From positions 2,416,051-2,480,050 of the forward strand of contig BCKQ01000002.1 of assembly GCA_001600695.1 (NCBI GenBank): a stretch of DNA of 64,000 nucleotides, in the 5' to 3' direction. Positions within the stretch are counted from its first letter, which is position 1; every line of letters starts with the position of its first letter. A program made the position numbers and the translations under genes. The notes under the pieces are model-generated. The model was not told where the DNA came from and made no database searches. It saw nothing but the letters and a program-made list of their open reading frames with translations. Positions 22,800-34,519 of this stretch are shown here, in pieces. Source of the DNA: Ascoidea asiatica JCM 7603. Taxonomy: Eukaryota > Fungi > Ascomycota.

Positions 22800-23357
22800 A
22801 TGCAAAAATCAATTTTAAATTTAAATTTAATTATTTTTTTAATAATTAATTTATTAAAGATTAATGGAATGGCATTAATTGGAACAGTTACAGATTCTGG
22901 AACATCATATGAATCAATTGTTTCTGCAACTACCACAATCACAGTTTCTATTCCTCAAAGTACTAGTACTAGTAGTGAAACAAGTGAATCATTTGAAACA
23001 CTTGAATCATTTGTAGCAATTTCATCTAGTAGTAATACAATTACATTAGCACCAGCTATTATCACCACTACTAGTAGTGCTACTCCTAGTACAACTCCTA
23101 GTTCTACAAGCACCTCAACTACTTTAGTTTCAAGTTCTACAAGTTCTACAAGCTCTACAAGTTCAGCAAGTTCAAGTAGTGGATATGATGATGATTGGGA
23201 TCCATCAAATGGTACAACATGTTATGATTCATCAGTTGATTATAATAAATGTCTTGATAGAGTTAATGAATGTATTGCATCAAAACAAACTTCAGGAGGA
23301 TATAATGGATCATCATGTGAATCAAAAAGAGCAAATTGTAAAATGTGTGATCAATGA
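22800..23357 (+). CDS. Small secreted Ser/Thr-rich protein with C-terminal six-Cys domain
   Basis: ATG in A-rich context, hydrophobic N-terminus, S/T stalk, C-x9-C-x6-C-x14-C-x6-C-x2-C terminus; codon usage resembles neighbouring genes. Confidence 0.8.
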   Translation: MQKSILNLNLIIFLIINLLKINGMALIGTVTDSGTSYESIVSATTTITVSIPQSTSTSSETSESFETLESFVAISSSSNTITLAPAIITTTSSATPSTTPSSTSTSTTLVSSSTSSTSSTSSASSSSGYDDDWDPSNGTTCYDSSVDYNKCLDRVNECIASKQTSGGYNGSSCESKRANCKMCDQ

Positions 23358-23918
23358 ATATAGTTAATATTAAATTTTATTTGATGTCCTTTTGTCTTTT
23401 TATCTTTTTATCTTTTTAAGCTTTTTCTTCAACTTTTTACTAGCTATTTTTGTGTGTTGAGTTTAGTATTTCAAATTTGGTATTTCATTTATCCTAGTAA
23501 TTTTAATCATAGTTTTGTTTTTTCTAATTTCTAATTTCTCATTTCTTAATTCTCAATTCTTATAAATTCACCTATTGGTTTCTTTATGTTTTTGTTTATT
23601 TTTGATTTTTCTTTTTCTTTTTTTTTTTTTTTATTTATTTTTTACTTATATATACTGTGTATCTATATAAGTTTATCTAGATTCTTAATCTTGAAGTTGA
23701 ATGTGTTTGGTAATAACAATGGAATTTTGGTCCTTTAATACATATTATTTAAAATAAATTTTTAGTCCAGCAACCGAGACATAAAAGCAGGGGTCATACT
23801 CATAATTACGCAAGCAGTTCTGTATCTAAACGGGTATTGAAATAATGACAGGAATTTTTGTACAGAAAATAGCTAAAACGCTTTTAACGACTTCGGGTGA
23901 TTCTTTATGAGAAGTTAT

Positions 23919-23999
23919 GGCAACATGGCCGAGTGGTTAAGGCGAAAGATTAGAAATCTTTTGGGTTTACCCGCGCAGGTTCGAGTCCTGCTGTTGTCG
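23919..23999 (+). tRNA. tRNA-Ser(AGA)
   Basis: GGCAACATGGCCGAGTGGTTAAGGCGAAAGATT-AGA-AATCTTTTGGGTTTACCCGCGCAGGTTCGAGTCCTGCTGTTGTCG; long variable arm; poly-T terminator. Confidence 0.97.
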
Positions 24000-24159
24000 T
24001 ATTTTTTTTTGTAGTTGCTACTTTAATTTTTTATGTTTACAGCTAAGATAAAGTAATTCCCTTTTATGACACGAATGAAACTACATTGCTACACTGTTAT
24101 AGAAACAAAAAAAAGATGATTAGAGTTAAGTTAACTTTTAGTTGAGTAACAAAAAAAAC

Positions 24160-24232
24160 TGCCTTCAGCCTGATTCGAACAGACGATCTCCTCATTACTA
24201 GTGAGGTGCCTTACCAACTTGGCCATAAAGGC
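24160..24232 (-). tRNA. tRNA-Thr(AGU)
   Basis: GCCTTTATGGCCAAGTTGGTAAGGCACCTCACT-AGT-AATGAGGAGATCGTCTGTTCGAATCAGGCTGAAGGCA plus T8 terminator; convergent with tRNA-Ser. Confidence 0.96.
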
Positions 24233-24314
24233 AACTGCTTTATTATCTGCTTCACTACTATCTATTGGAGTATATACCTAGAATAACCAGGTTTTAAATG
24301 AAACCCAACATGGG

Positions 24315-24341
24315 CACGTGTCTTCTACGTCTGATCACGTG
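24315..24341. promoter_or_regulatory. Two CACGTG E-boxes (Cbf1/Pho4-type) in a GC-rich patch upstream of SYP1
   Basis: CACGTG at 24315-24320 and TCACGTG at 24335-24341. Confidence 0.4.
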
Positions 24342-24775
24342 TCTGTGCCCCTATTTGAGTGTTCTCTTGGCTCCAGCGGAGTGGTACGCAGGGAGAGCAC
24401 GGTCCAACCACTGCCATTACTGCCACTGCCATTACTCTTAGTTACTCTTCTTCTTCTTTCTTCTTTCTTTCTTCTTTCTTTCTTCTTTCTTCTTTCTTCT
24501 TGCTGTTTCTCACTTTCTGTGCTCGCTTTCATTTGTTTGTCCTTTGATTTGATTTCGATTTGGACTGGCATTGAATTGGGATTTAAAATAATCTCTTCTT
24601 TTTTATATCTTTGAGGTCTTATTATTTATTATTTATTACTTATTATTCATTACTTATTATTCATTATTATTCACTATTAATCATTAGTTATAAAATATTC
24701 AAGATTAGTTGCTTACTTCTTTTCTTATTTCCTTGAATGATAATCAATTGATTAATTTGAAAAATAAAATAAAAA

Positions 24776-26347
24776 ATGTCATCAATTTCAAATTCTTTAA
24801 ATAATTCTTCAAATTTAAATTCAAATTCAATTCCAAAAGAAAGATCTGAATTTTCTTCAACAATTTTAGTTTCAAATACTCCAAAAGATGCTTCAATTAT
24901 TTTAAATTCAAGATTATTACAAGCAAAAGCTTTAAATAATGAAATTGGTTCTTTTATTTATGATTATATAATTTTAAATGAACATTATAATAATAGATTA
25001 AAAAAATTAATGATTAAAAAAGGTAATAATTTAAATTTAAATGTTAATAAATTTATTAAAAAAGAATCAATTCATAATCCAATTTTTAAAAAAAATACAA
25101 TTTTTGATAATTTAAATGATTTTCAAAATTCAAATGATCTTAATAATTTTGATAATTTAGGTAATTTTAATCAAATTTGGAATTCAATTTTAAATTTAAT
25201 TAATACTGAAATTGAAAGTACAGAAATTCTAAATAAAAATTTTAGAAAAATTATTATTAAACCTTTAGAAAATAATTTTAATAATAATAAAAATTTAAAT
25301 TATAATAATTTATTAAATGATTTAAAAAATTTATTTAATTATACTTCAAATTTAAATAATATAAATTTAAAAAATTTTAATGAAAATTCTCCTTTAATTT
25401 TTGAAAATTTTGAAAATTTCGATTATAATAGATTAATTTTTTTAAAAAATTGTTTTTTACAATTCAATTCTTTATTAAATGATAAATATAATACAATTTT
25501 AAAAAAAAATGAAAATATTTTTAATGATTTAATTAATTTTAATCCTGATGATGAAATTAAAAGATTCTCAACTGATAAAAAATTTCAATTAAATAATATT
25601 GTTGATGATAATAATAATAATAATAATGATAATCAAAATTTAACCGCTGATACAAATATTAATAATAATTCTATCAGCGCTAATGAATCAAAAGATTTAA
25701 AGGATATTTTTAAACGTCCATCAATAAAAAATCAAGAATCTTTATCAACAATCAATTCAAATAAATCTCAATCTCATTCTCATTCTCAATCTTCTCCAAA
25801 TATATCAAATACTTCTAATCATCATAAATCAAAAAGAAATTCAATCTTTCATAATACTTTTTCAAATAAATCTAGTGATAAATTAGATCAATACTTAAAT
25901 TCTCCTGATTTATCAATTTCAAATTCTTTAAATAATAATATTTCAAATAACAATAATAGCAATAATGATTTTAAAGATTTCAAAGATTCAAAAGAAAAAA
26001 AACATAAATTAAGATCAAAAGTTGGTTCAATATTTAGTAGAAAAAATAAATCCCTTTCAAATAATAATATCTCCAATAATAATAATAGTCAATTAAATAC
26101 TCCAATTAGAAATAAATTCTCAACTGATATTGAACCTGTACAAGAAATTGATAATGATGATGATGAAGATAATCAATCTCAATCTCAATCTCAATCTCAA
26201 AATATTATTAGCAATAATAAAATTTCAAAAAATAATACCATAAATTCAAATTCAACTCAAAATAATGATAAAAATAAATTAAAGTTCCCAATAAATAAAC
26301 AAATTACTCCTAAAAATTCATTGAATTTTAATAACTCTAATATTAAT

Positions 26348-26382
<35 letters not shown>

Positions 26383-28396
26383 CTTATCAATTAATCGTAA
26401 TAATACTAATGATTCAAAAGTACAAAGACAATTTAGTTATTCTTCTTCAATAAATCAACAAACTCAATCTTCAATGTCAACTAATAATACTAATAACCTA
26501 AATTCTTCTTTCACAAATCCTCCAAGTTCTTCTTATACTCCTTTACAACCTCAATCTCGTAATAATAGTATTCAACAACAACAACAACAAAATATTCAAA
26601 CCTTAACTCCTCCTATAATAATTGATAATAATATTGATAATAAATCTTCAAATACTGATCACTCAATTTCAAATTCAAGTGCAATTCCTCCTCCACCACC
26701 ACCTGCAAGAAGATCGTTCATTTCTTCAAGTAATTCAACTAATTCTAATCCAAATTCAAATTCAAATAATAATCATCTTTCAAATAAAATGGATATATCT
26801 GATGATAATATAGAAAATGATGATTTACCTTCTGAATTACCAAATATTCAATCAAAATCAAATTCATTATCAATTTCAAATAGTTCTTCAAAAAATAGAA
26901 GAAGAGATATTGTTTCAAATTTATTCACTGATTTAACTCAAGCTGATATTGAATCTCAAGGTAATATTAATCCAAGTAGCCCCATAACTTTTGATGGTAA
27001 TAATAATAATAATATTATTAATAATAATAACAATAAAAAAAATATTAATAATTTAGCTCTTAATAATTTATCAATAAAAGATTATACAACTGCTACTCCT
27101 CCAAGACCACCTCCAAAATCTCCTTTGAATGAAATACATGAAATTAATGAAATTACTGAAAGTTCTTTAAATAATATTTCTAACCCTAATATCTCTAATA
27201 CTAATATCATCAATTATGATAATAATATTAACAAAAGTAATGGTAATAGTAATAACAACCCTTTATCAATTCCAGCTCAAAGTCCATTTGATAATGATAA
27301 TGCAATTAGTAGTACCAGTAATATAAATAGTGCTTCAAATAGTATTATAAATAGTAATAATAATAATAATAATAATGGCAATGTTAATAATGCTAATACA
27401 AATATACCTCAAATAAATCATCCACTTTCAAATTTGAATATGAATATGTCATCATTATCAATGAATCAACAAAGAACTGGTGGTAGTTCTTCTTTACAAC
27501 CAAATTATACTGGTTCTCAACAAAATAATGGTTATTCTCATTCTGATGCAACTGCTCCTGGTTTAAATGCAAGTATTGTTGAAGTTATATCTTCAACTTT
27601 TAAAAATGGTTTACAAACTTCTTGTAAAGTAATGGGAGAAGTTGCTTTTACTTATATTAAAGAACCTTTAAAAAGTATACCAAATAATTCAATTTTAAGA
27701 ATTGATTTAGATTCAAATATTGATAAATTATTACCAAATGAATATTTTTTAAAAAAATTTGAAGATGATAATAATTTTAATAAAAATTCAACATTATATA
27801 ATTTAAATCCATTACAAATTTCTTCAAGAACTGTTGGTGGTTTAAAATATCTTTTAAAAAATCCAATATCTCCAATAATTATTTTACCAGTTTGGAGATT
27901 TGAAAATCATCAAGCAAGTTGTATGTTATTTGTAAAATTATCTGATGAAATTTTAAATAAATTAAATGATAATGATTCAATTCAATTAAATGATTTTGGA
28001 ATTTCTTTATCAATTGATGGAGCAGATGCAACTTCAGCTTTATCAAAACCTCCTGGTACTTTTAATAAAGAAAAAAAAAGAGTTGTATGGAAATTTAAAG
28101 AACCTTTAATTTTAAATAAAGAAAAACCTCAAGAAAGATTAATTGCAAGATTTTTAACAAATGGTATGGCAAAAGAATCTTTACAAGGTTCTCAAGTTAA
28201 ATTCACAATTAATAATAACTTTGGTGGATTAATTTGTTGTGCAAATAATAAATTATTTTATCAAACACCTGAAAATAATATTCTTGGTGTTGGAGCAGAT
28301 AATTTTAGTTTGAATAAAATAAATGAAAAAAATTGGAGAGAAGTGAGTACAGTTAAAACTTTTGTTTCTGGTTTATATAATGGTCGTTCTCAATGA
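24776..28396 (+). CDS. SYP1: Muniscin endocytic adaptor (F-BAR, Asn/Pro-rich linker, mu-homology domain)
   Basis: N-terminal helical region (FENFDYNRLIFLKNCF), LRSKVGSIFSRK, PPPPPARR, and C-terminal muHD motifs GLNASIVE, GEVAF, PVWRFE, ALSKP, RLIARF. Confidence 0.88.
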
Positions 28397-30415
28397 TTAA
28401 ATCAATTTAAATTTCAATATCATTTATACCACATTTAAAACTGTCTTTTATATTGAAATTTATTTAATCATCTTGTAAGTGTAAGTTTAATTTTAATTTT
28501 AGTTTCAGTTTTCAATTTTCAATTTTCAATTTCCAGTTTTATATATATTTTTTTTTATAGAAAAAAGATTTTATTTTAAATCTAAAAAAATTATATACAG
28601 TATTTTCAAAATTTCTTCTAAGATTTTGATTTTATTTCGTTTTAAAATTTTTCTTATATATTTCTTTATGAATTCTTTTTTAATTCCTTTTTCTTTTTTT
28701 TGTTTCTTTTGTTTGTTTGTATTCCTTCATTTTCAATTTGTTTTTACTAATTTATAATTTGTCTTTGTTGAATTTCTTTTAAATATATACAAAAATATCC
28801 GCTAAGATTATTCTATCAACTAATAAAATAAAATATTAAGAATCTCTGAACTTTTCTCTCTTTTCCTCTTGATTCTCTTTAGTTCTCTTGTAAATATTAC
28901 CTGTAAATAAATTTTACCTGTTGTTTTCAAGGGTTGTTAGCGCAAGACCTTGCTTGGTTACACTTCAGTTTTTTCCGTTAACAGGTAACTTACTTAACTG
29001 AGAGTTGGTTTTCACTGTTTATTTCTATTACACATTTACATTTTACTTTCTTTTTTACTTCAAGACTTGTTAATATCAATTGAAAACAAATAAATCACAC
29101 ACATTATATGAAGTAGAACAGTATTTAATCAATCAAAAAGATACTAAGAATAGATTATTTCAATGTTTTCGTTAAAACTCTTCAGTTTTTTGTTCCAGCG
29201 CTTCAAAGAACTTCATTATTCAGATTAAAATAAAATAATGATAATGGAGAAAGAATATTGAACTCAAAAAAGTTTGGCGGTTAACATTTATTCAAATATT
29301 TATCAAAGAGACTCAATTAAATGGAATAGTATCAAGAAATCAATAAACATCAGTTCTATGAATTCTATTTGATAATGGCTTAAGAAATTATCCTGTAATC
29401 TTCATGTCATTAGAAAATACCATTGCTTTTAATATTAAGTCAAATACAAATCAATATTTTTTGGGCGCTTGGCTATCAAATCAAATAGATATAAAATGAC
29501 TTCACATGAATTCAATATCAGAGTTATGGCAAAGGTTCATGTTCAGCTAGCTTCAATGCCAATTTACTCAAAATCAATTGATAATATCTCAATTCAAACA
29601 GTTGTAAAGTCATTGTTTTCACTTCTTGAGTAATCGAAGACTTCAAAACAAATTCAGTGAAGAAGAAACTTGGAAATGGTGAATAAAAGACAATTAATCA
29701 CCCATATTTCTGGTCTCAGAGAATCTTTTTCTTCTGTTTTTGGTGTTTTTGCTGCATGTGATTCTTTTTGTGGCAGTTTTTTCTTCGGTACTTCTCCATT
29801 CCCAACTTCCATTGAGACATTGTAACTTTCAATAGCTCCATCAAAGCAGAATCATAAACAGAAAGTTCAGAATTGTCTTCTTTTGTTTCTTCATCTCATT
29901 TTGATAATCTTCAATTCTCACTCCAATTTATTACCATTCTTTGTTATTCCAGTGAATGAATTAATCAATATTGAATTTTATTCTCAGATTTCTAGAATTA
30001 AACATTCTTTTTTCATTTATTCATTTACAATTTCTTTAATTTGGTAATTAAAAAATAAAAACTCAGTATAAAATTCATTCAATTATTAAATTAGAAAAAT
30101 ATCTTTTTTTTTTTTTTTATCCTATTCAGAACTTTAATTGCTTTAAAAATAATTTTTCTAAAAATTTAACTAGTTAATAATTATATTATTATTATATATT
30201 ATTATTTATCATATTATAGTTATTACAATTATGCTAATTAATTTTGATTTAAATAATATAAACAAAACTAAATCAATTAAAATTAGAATTTTATTAATTG
30301 CTTTTTTAATTTTTAATTTTTTAAAAAGGTTAATTCCATTTTCAACTTCATTTCTTAAAATTTCAACTAAAAAATCAATTAAAAGATCAATTTTAATTTC
30401 TAAAATTATTAAACA

Positions 30416-31224
30416 ATGGATATAATGACAAATAATTTATTAAATTTAAGTATTGAAAAAATTATTACTAATGAAGAATCTTCATTAATTAATAATAATA
30501 ATAATAATATTAATAATAATAATAATAGTTGCTCAAATGATTTATCAAGTGGTGGAAATATATCAATAAATTCAAATTCAAATTTAACTTCATGTTCAAT
30601 TTTAATTAAAAATAATCAAATTTATTCATTACCATTATCTGAACCAATAATTAAGAATAATTCAAATATCTTAACAACTTCTGCTACAAGTAACTCACAA
30701 CAAAATAATATTGATATTACAAATACTAATAATACTAATAATATTAATAATAATTCTCCAATTATTAATGAAGAAAAAGAAAATAGAATCACAATTAACG
30801 TTGATTTTGACAAATTTAATAAAATTAATTCTGATTCAAATATAATTACTGAAAATAATAATAAACTTCAAAATGAAATTTGTAATGATAGTTTAATCAA
30901 TAAATCTCTTATTTCTTCATTACAACATTCTCCATTAAAAGTTCCTGATAATACAATTACAAGTACAAATACAAATACAAATATGAATACAAATACAAAT
31001 ACAAATTTGAATACCAATATAATTTCTAATAATATAAACTCAAATATAGACTCAAATATAGACTCAAATAAAAGCTCAAATATAAACTCAAATAAAAACT
31101 TTAATTCAAATTCTGGATCAAGTGATTTAACTTCAGTTGTGATTGATGAATATCCAATTTATCAACATTTAGAGATAACATTTGATAACAAAAATAATTC
31201 AAAAATTGAGGAAATCTTTAATAC

Positions 31225-31261
<37 letters not shown>

Positions 31262-32062
31262 GGTAATAGAAATTTTTTTGATAATAATATACTTTATGAT
31301 GATTTAAATGAAATTACTGATCCAAATTTATTTCCAAGAAAATTTTTTGATCATAAAATTAAAAAATCTTTTCTTTTAAAAAATTTAACTTTGAATAAGA
31401 AATTTAATTTTATTAAAAATAAAAATTTTCCAAATTTAAATAAATTTGAATTAAATTTATTAAAAAATGAAAGTTATTATAATAGTAATGATAAATATTA
31501 TTTAAAACATAAAAATTTAGTTGATAAATGTTATTTAACATGCAAATATTTTAGAACAGTTAAAAAAATTGATTCTAATAAGAATCTTAATGGAAAAGGT
31601 AAAGAAAAGGAAAAGGAAAAAGAAAAAATGAAAGTAAAAGAAATAGTAAAAAAAATAGAAACAAAAAAAAATAATTATGAATCAAATGAAGATAGCAATG
31701 AAAATAAAAATGAAGATATTGAATATTTATGTAACTTATGTAATTTTGAAAAATGGATTAAAAAAAAAGAATATTATAAACATTTATTATTTGCCCATGG
31801 TATAATTAAAGATAAAAATTGTAAAGGAAAAATAATTGAATTGATTGAATTACCTTTTAAAATGTTTGAAAAAAATAATGGAAAATTTCAAACATATTAT
31901 TGTCAATGTTTTAATTGTTTCAAATGGATTAGATTAGGATTACCAGAAGAAACTTCAATTTTTACAATTGATGAAGAAAAAAAATTTTATTGTAAGGATA
32001 ATGGACATCAAGGATTATATCATAACTATTTTGAACATTTTATTAAAAAAGAGTGTAAATAA
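30416..32062 (+). CDS. Asn-rich protein with C-terminal Cys/His zinc-binding region (Rua1/DUF4451-like)
   Basis: C-terminal YLCNLC..W..HLLFAHGI..CQCFNCFKWI..NYFEHF..C pattern resembles the fungal Rua1 C-terminal domain; assigned from memory of the motif. Confidence 0.6.
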
Positions 32063-32071
32063 TTAATTATC

Positions 32072-32923
32072 TTAATGAGGATAATTTATAATATCATCTC
32101 TTTTATAAATTGTTTTACCATTATTTGGACCTCTTATCATAATATTTAAGACGGCATAATCTATACCTTCAATTCTATCATCTTGATCTTTGTATTGAGG
32201 ATTAATATATACATCTTTTATATGATTAAAATCAAATTTTTTGTAGTAAGGTAAATTATTAATTGAACTTGATTCAAGATATGTTAAATAATTATTTTTA
32301 TCGATATAATTTTTAAAAGTATAATTTAATATTGATTTTGCAAAGCCAAAACCTCTTGAATCATGATGAGTACCAATATAAATCAAAGACCAAGTGAAAT
32401 TTTGATCAATATTTGATAAAATATCTAATTTTGTATTTGTTAATAGATTAAATAAATCCCAGAATATTTTTTTAGTACCGAATATACCAGAATACCAAGA
32501 AACTTTCAAATAACCAGATTTTAATAAAGTTAAATAACTATCTTCAATGATTATATTTGGAGGAGTCCAAATTGCAACACAAGAAAATTCATTTTTATTA
32601 TTATTTTTATAAGTACCTAAACATAAACCACCTTTTAAGATATGAGAATAAAGATAAGCTTCATAAAGATATAATTCTGCCAAGTATCTAGTTTTATGAT
32701 TATTAATATGATGGAATAAATAATTATCTAATTTATCATTTTTAAAAGCATTTAATAAGCAAAGAGCAGCTTTTTTATAATTATTGAAATCTATAATTAT
32801 AATTTCATGATTTATTATATAATTATAATTCAAACTATGATCTTTTTTATCATTTGAAAATGAAGAATCTGAAGAATTAGAGGCCGAGGAAACTGAAGAA
32901 GAAGAGGAATTATCTTTTGACAT
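32072..32923 (-). CDS. GNAT-family N-acetyltransferase
   Basis: LLNAFKND, CVAIW, motif A LIYIGTHHDSRGFGFA and YLESSSINNLPYYKKFDF. First ATG is at 32923 (MSKDN); the track's 32995 start is a TTG. Confidence 0.85.
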   Translation of the reverse strand: MSKDNSSSSSVSSASNSSDSSFSNDKKDHSLNYNYIINHEIIIIDFNNYKKAALCLLNAFKNDKLDNYLFHHINNHKTRYLAELYLYEAYLYSHILKGGLCLGTYKNNNKNEFSCVAIWTPPNIIIEDSYLTLLKSGYLKVSWYSGIFGTKKIFWDLFNLLTNTKLDILSNIDQNFTWSLIYIGTHHDSRGFGFAKSILNYTFKNYIDKNNYLTYLESSSINNLPYYKKFDFNHIKDVYINPQYKDQDDRIEGIDYAVLNIMIRGPNNGKTIYKRDDIINYPH

Positions 32924-33622
32924 TATTGTATAGTATAAAGTATAGTATAGAGTGTAATATGTAAAATATTTTAATGGAATAAAATTATCGAACAATAGAA
33001 TATATAGAGTATATGAATATAAGAATATTTATATGTTTATATATTATTTATATAATAAATATTTAGTGAATGAAAAGAAGAAGAGCTCATGATGAACGAA
33101 GAAAATAAAGAGTATATAATAGAATATTATTTAACTGAATAATTGGATATAAATTCAAATAATAAGAAAGATAAGTTTATATTGAATAAATATAACCAAA
33201 AGAAGCAAAAGCATCAGAAACAGCTAAAATTGAAGAAAAATCAGCATCGACCAAAACGACAAAAACGACAAAAAGAGCTAAAAGAGCTAAAAGAGCTAAT
33301 CAGGAATGAGGAAAGCGTCAAATGCGAGGCCAGAGGCGTGGAAGCGCTTCATGCCCAAAGAAGCGAAAAGAGAATCCAGTGGAGTCATGTGGATCAAGGT
33401 GTCAAGAGATAAAAACATGCAGAGGAGTATTTTAGTAATGGAAGCAGCACAAAGGGAAATAACCGCTATCTTAAAATTTTTATTAATTTATCAGCAGGGT
33501 AACTAATTTATTTTTTTGACTGAAAAGTGCCACGTAAATGGTCTTGAATGTGCCATGTGCAATGTGGCTTAAAACTGTGGCGTTGGACGTGACTGCATGC
33601 ACCACTACGCTTGAAAAAAATG

Positions 33623-34224
33623 GCTGGCCATCCTTTATGTGGCGTGTGCGGGTTCAGTCGAAGGCCCCGGCTTTGATTTTGACGCCGACGATGCTGGCGC
33701 ATCTGGCGACGCTGACGGGGCGTGTGGAGCTGGCTGCTGGCTGGAAACGACACGCCACTTGACAGTTCCTCTGGGTTTGGTCTGGGCCTTGGTCTAGCGT
33801 TTGATCAGGTATTTAGGTAACGTCAACTTATTGTTGATTTAGGATTCGCTGATAGTTAATATTATTGCATTGTACCTAATTATTTAGACTTTTATTCAGA
33901 TATTTAGGTTTGTATGTTTATTTATCCATAAACCTTATTACTATTCGCTATTCTCGAGGTATATCTCAACCAGCTCCAAATTTCACTCGTTTCAATTATC
34001 CAGTGATTCAATGATCTATCAGTACTATATATGCAATTGCTTAATAATTCAATAATTCCAATAATTTCAATAATGTAATACTGCAATAATTTAATAATCC
34101 AATATTTCGATGCTTTAATGATTCAATGATTCAATGATCTAACGATTGATAACTCAATGACCCATTGATCTAATGACTTGATGTTTTTCAAAAAATTAAA
34201 TGGTTTTACTGTCTTGATGGCTGG
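33623..34224 (+). promoter_or_regulatory. Cluster of Ace2/Swi5-like GCTGG/CCAGC motifs upstream of ENG1
   Basis: GCTGG at 33623, 33693, 33729, 33736, 33740 and 34220; ACCAGC at 33969. ENG1/DSE4 is an established Ace2 target in yeasts. Confidence 0.5.
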
Positions 34225-34519
34225 AATCAATTACAAAAATCTGTTGAATTTTGGTAATCGGTCTAATTTATCAATTAATTAATATATTAATACCTTAATT
34301 ATTTGAAAATATTCATATCTTACATCACTTTAATAATTATATTATTTAAAATATTCAGAAATTGTTTTCAATGTTCACATTTATCTTAATCTTCAATGAT
34401 TATATATATATTCATTATTGTTTTTCCTTTTTTTTTTATCTTAAAGAAATTTGTTTTTATATTGAAACTATTAAGTAACAATTAACAAAAATTCAATTCT
34501 TTTCAATAATCTTATCAAA

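Noticed and set aside
24318-24614. Three overlapping short ORFs with hydrophobic or charged runs
   Set aside because: Produced by a TTC/TTTC low-complexity tract in the SYP1 promoter.
25600-27400. Poly-Asn (AAT)n tracts in SYP1, SWE1, NCA2 and others as a special feature
   Set aside because: Present throughout the window's genes; reflects genome-wide AT bias and slippage rather than a locus-specific signal.
33143-33762. Four short ORFs in a GC-rich island
   Set aside because: Mostly non-ATG starts, atypical codon usage, and better explained as the GNAT/ENG1 divergent promoter.
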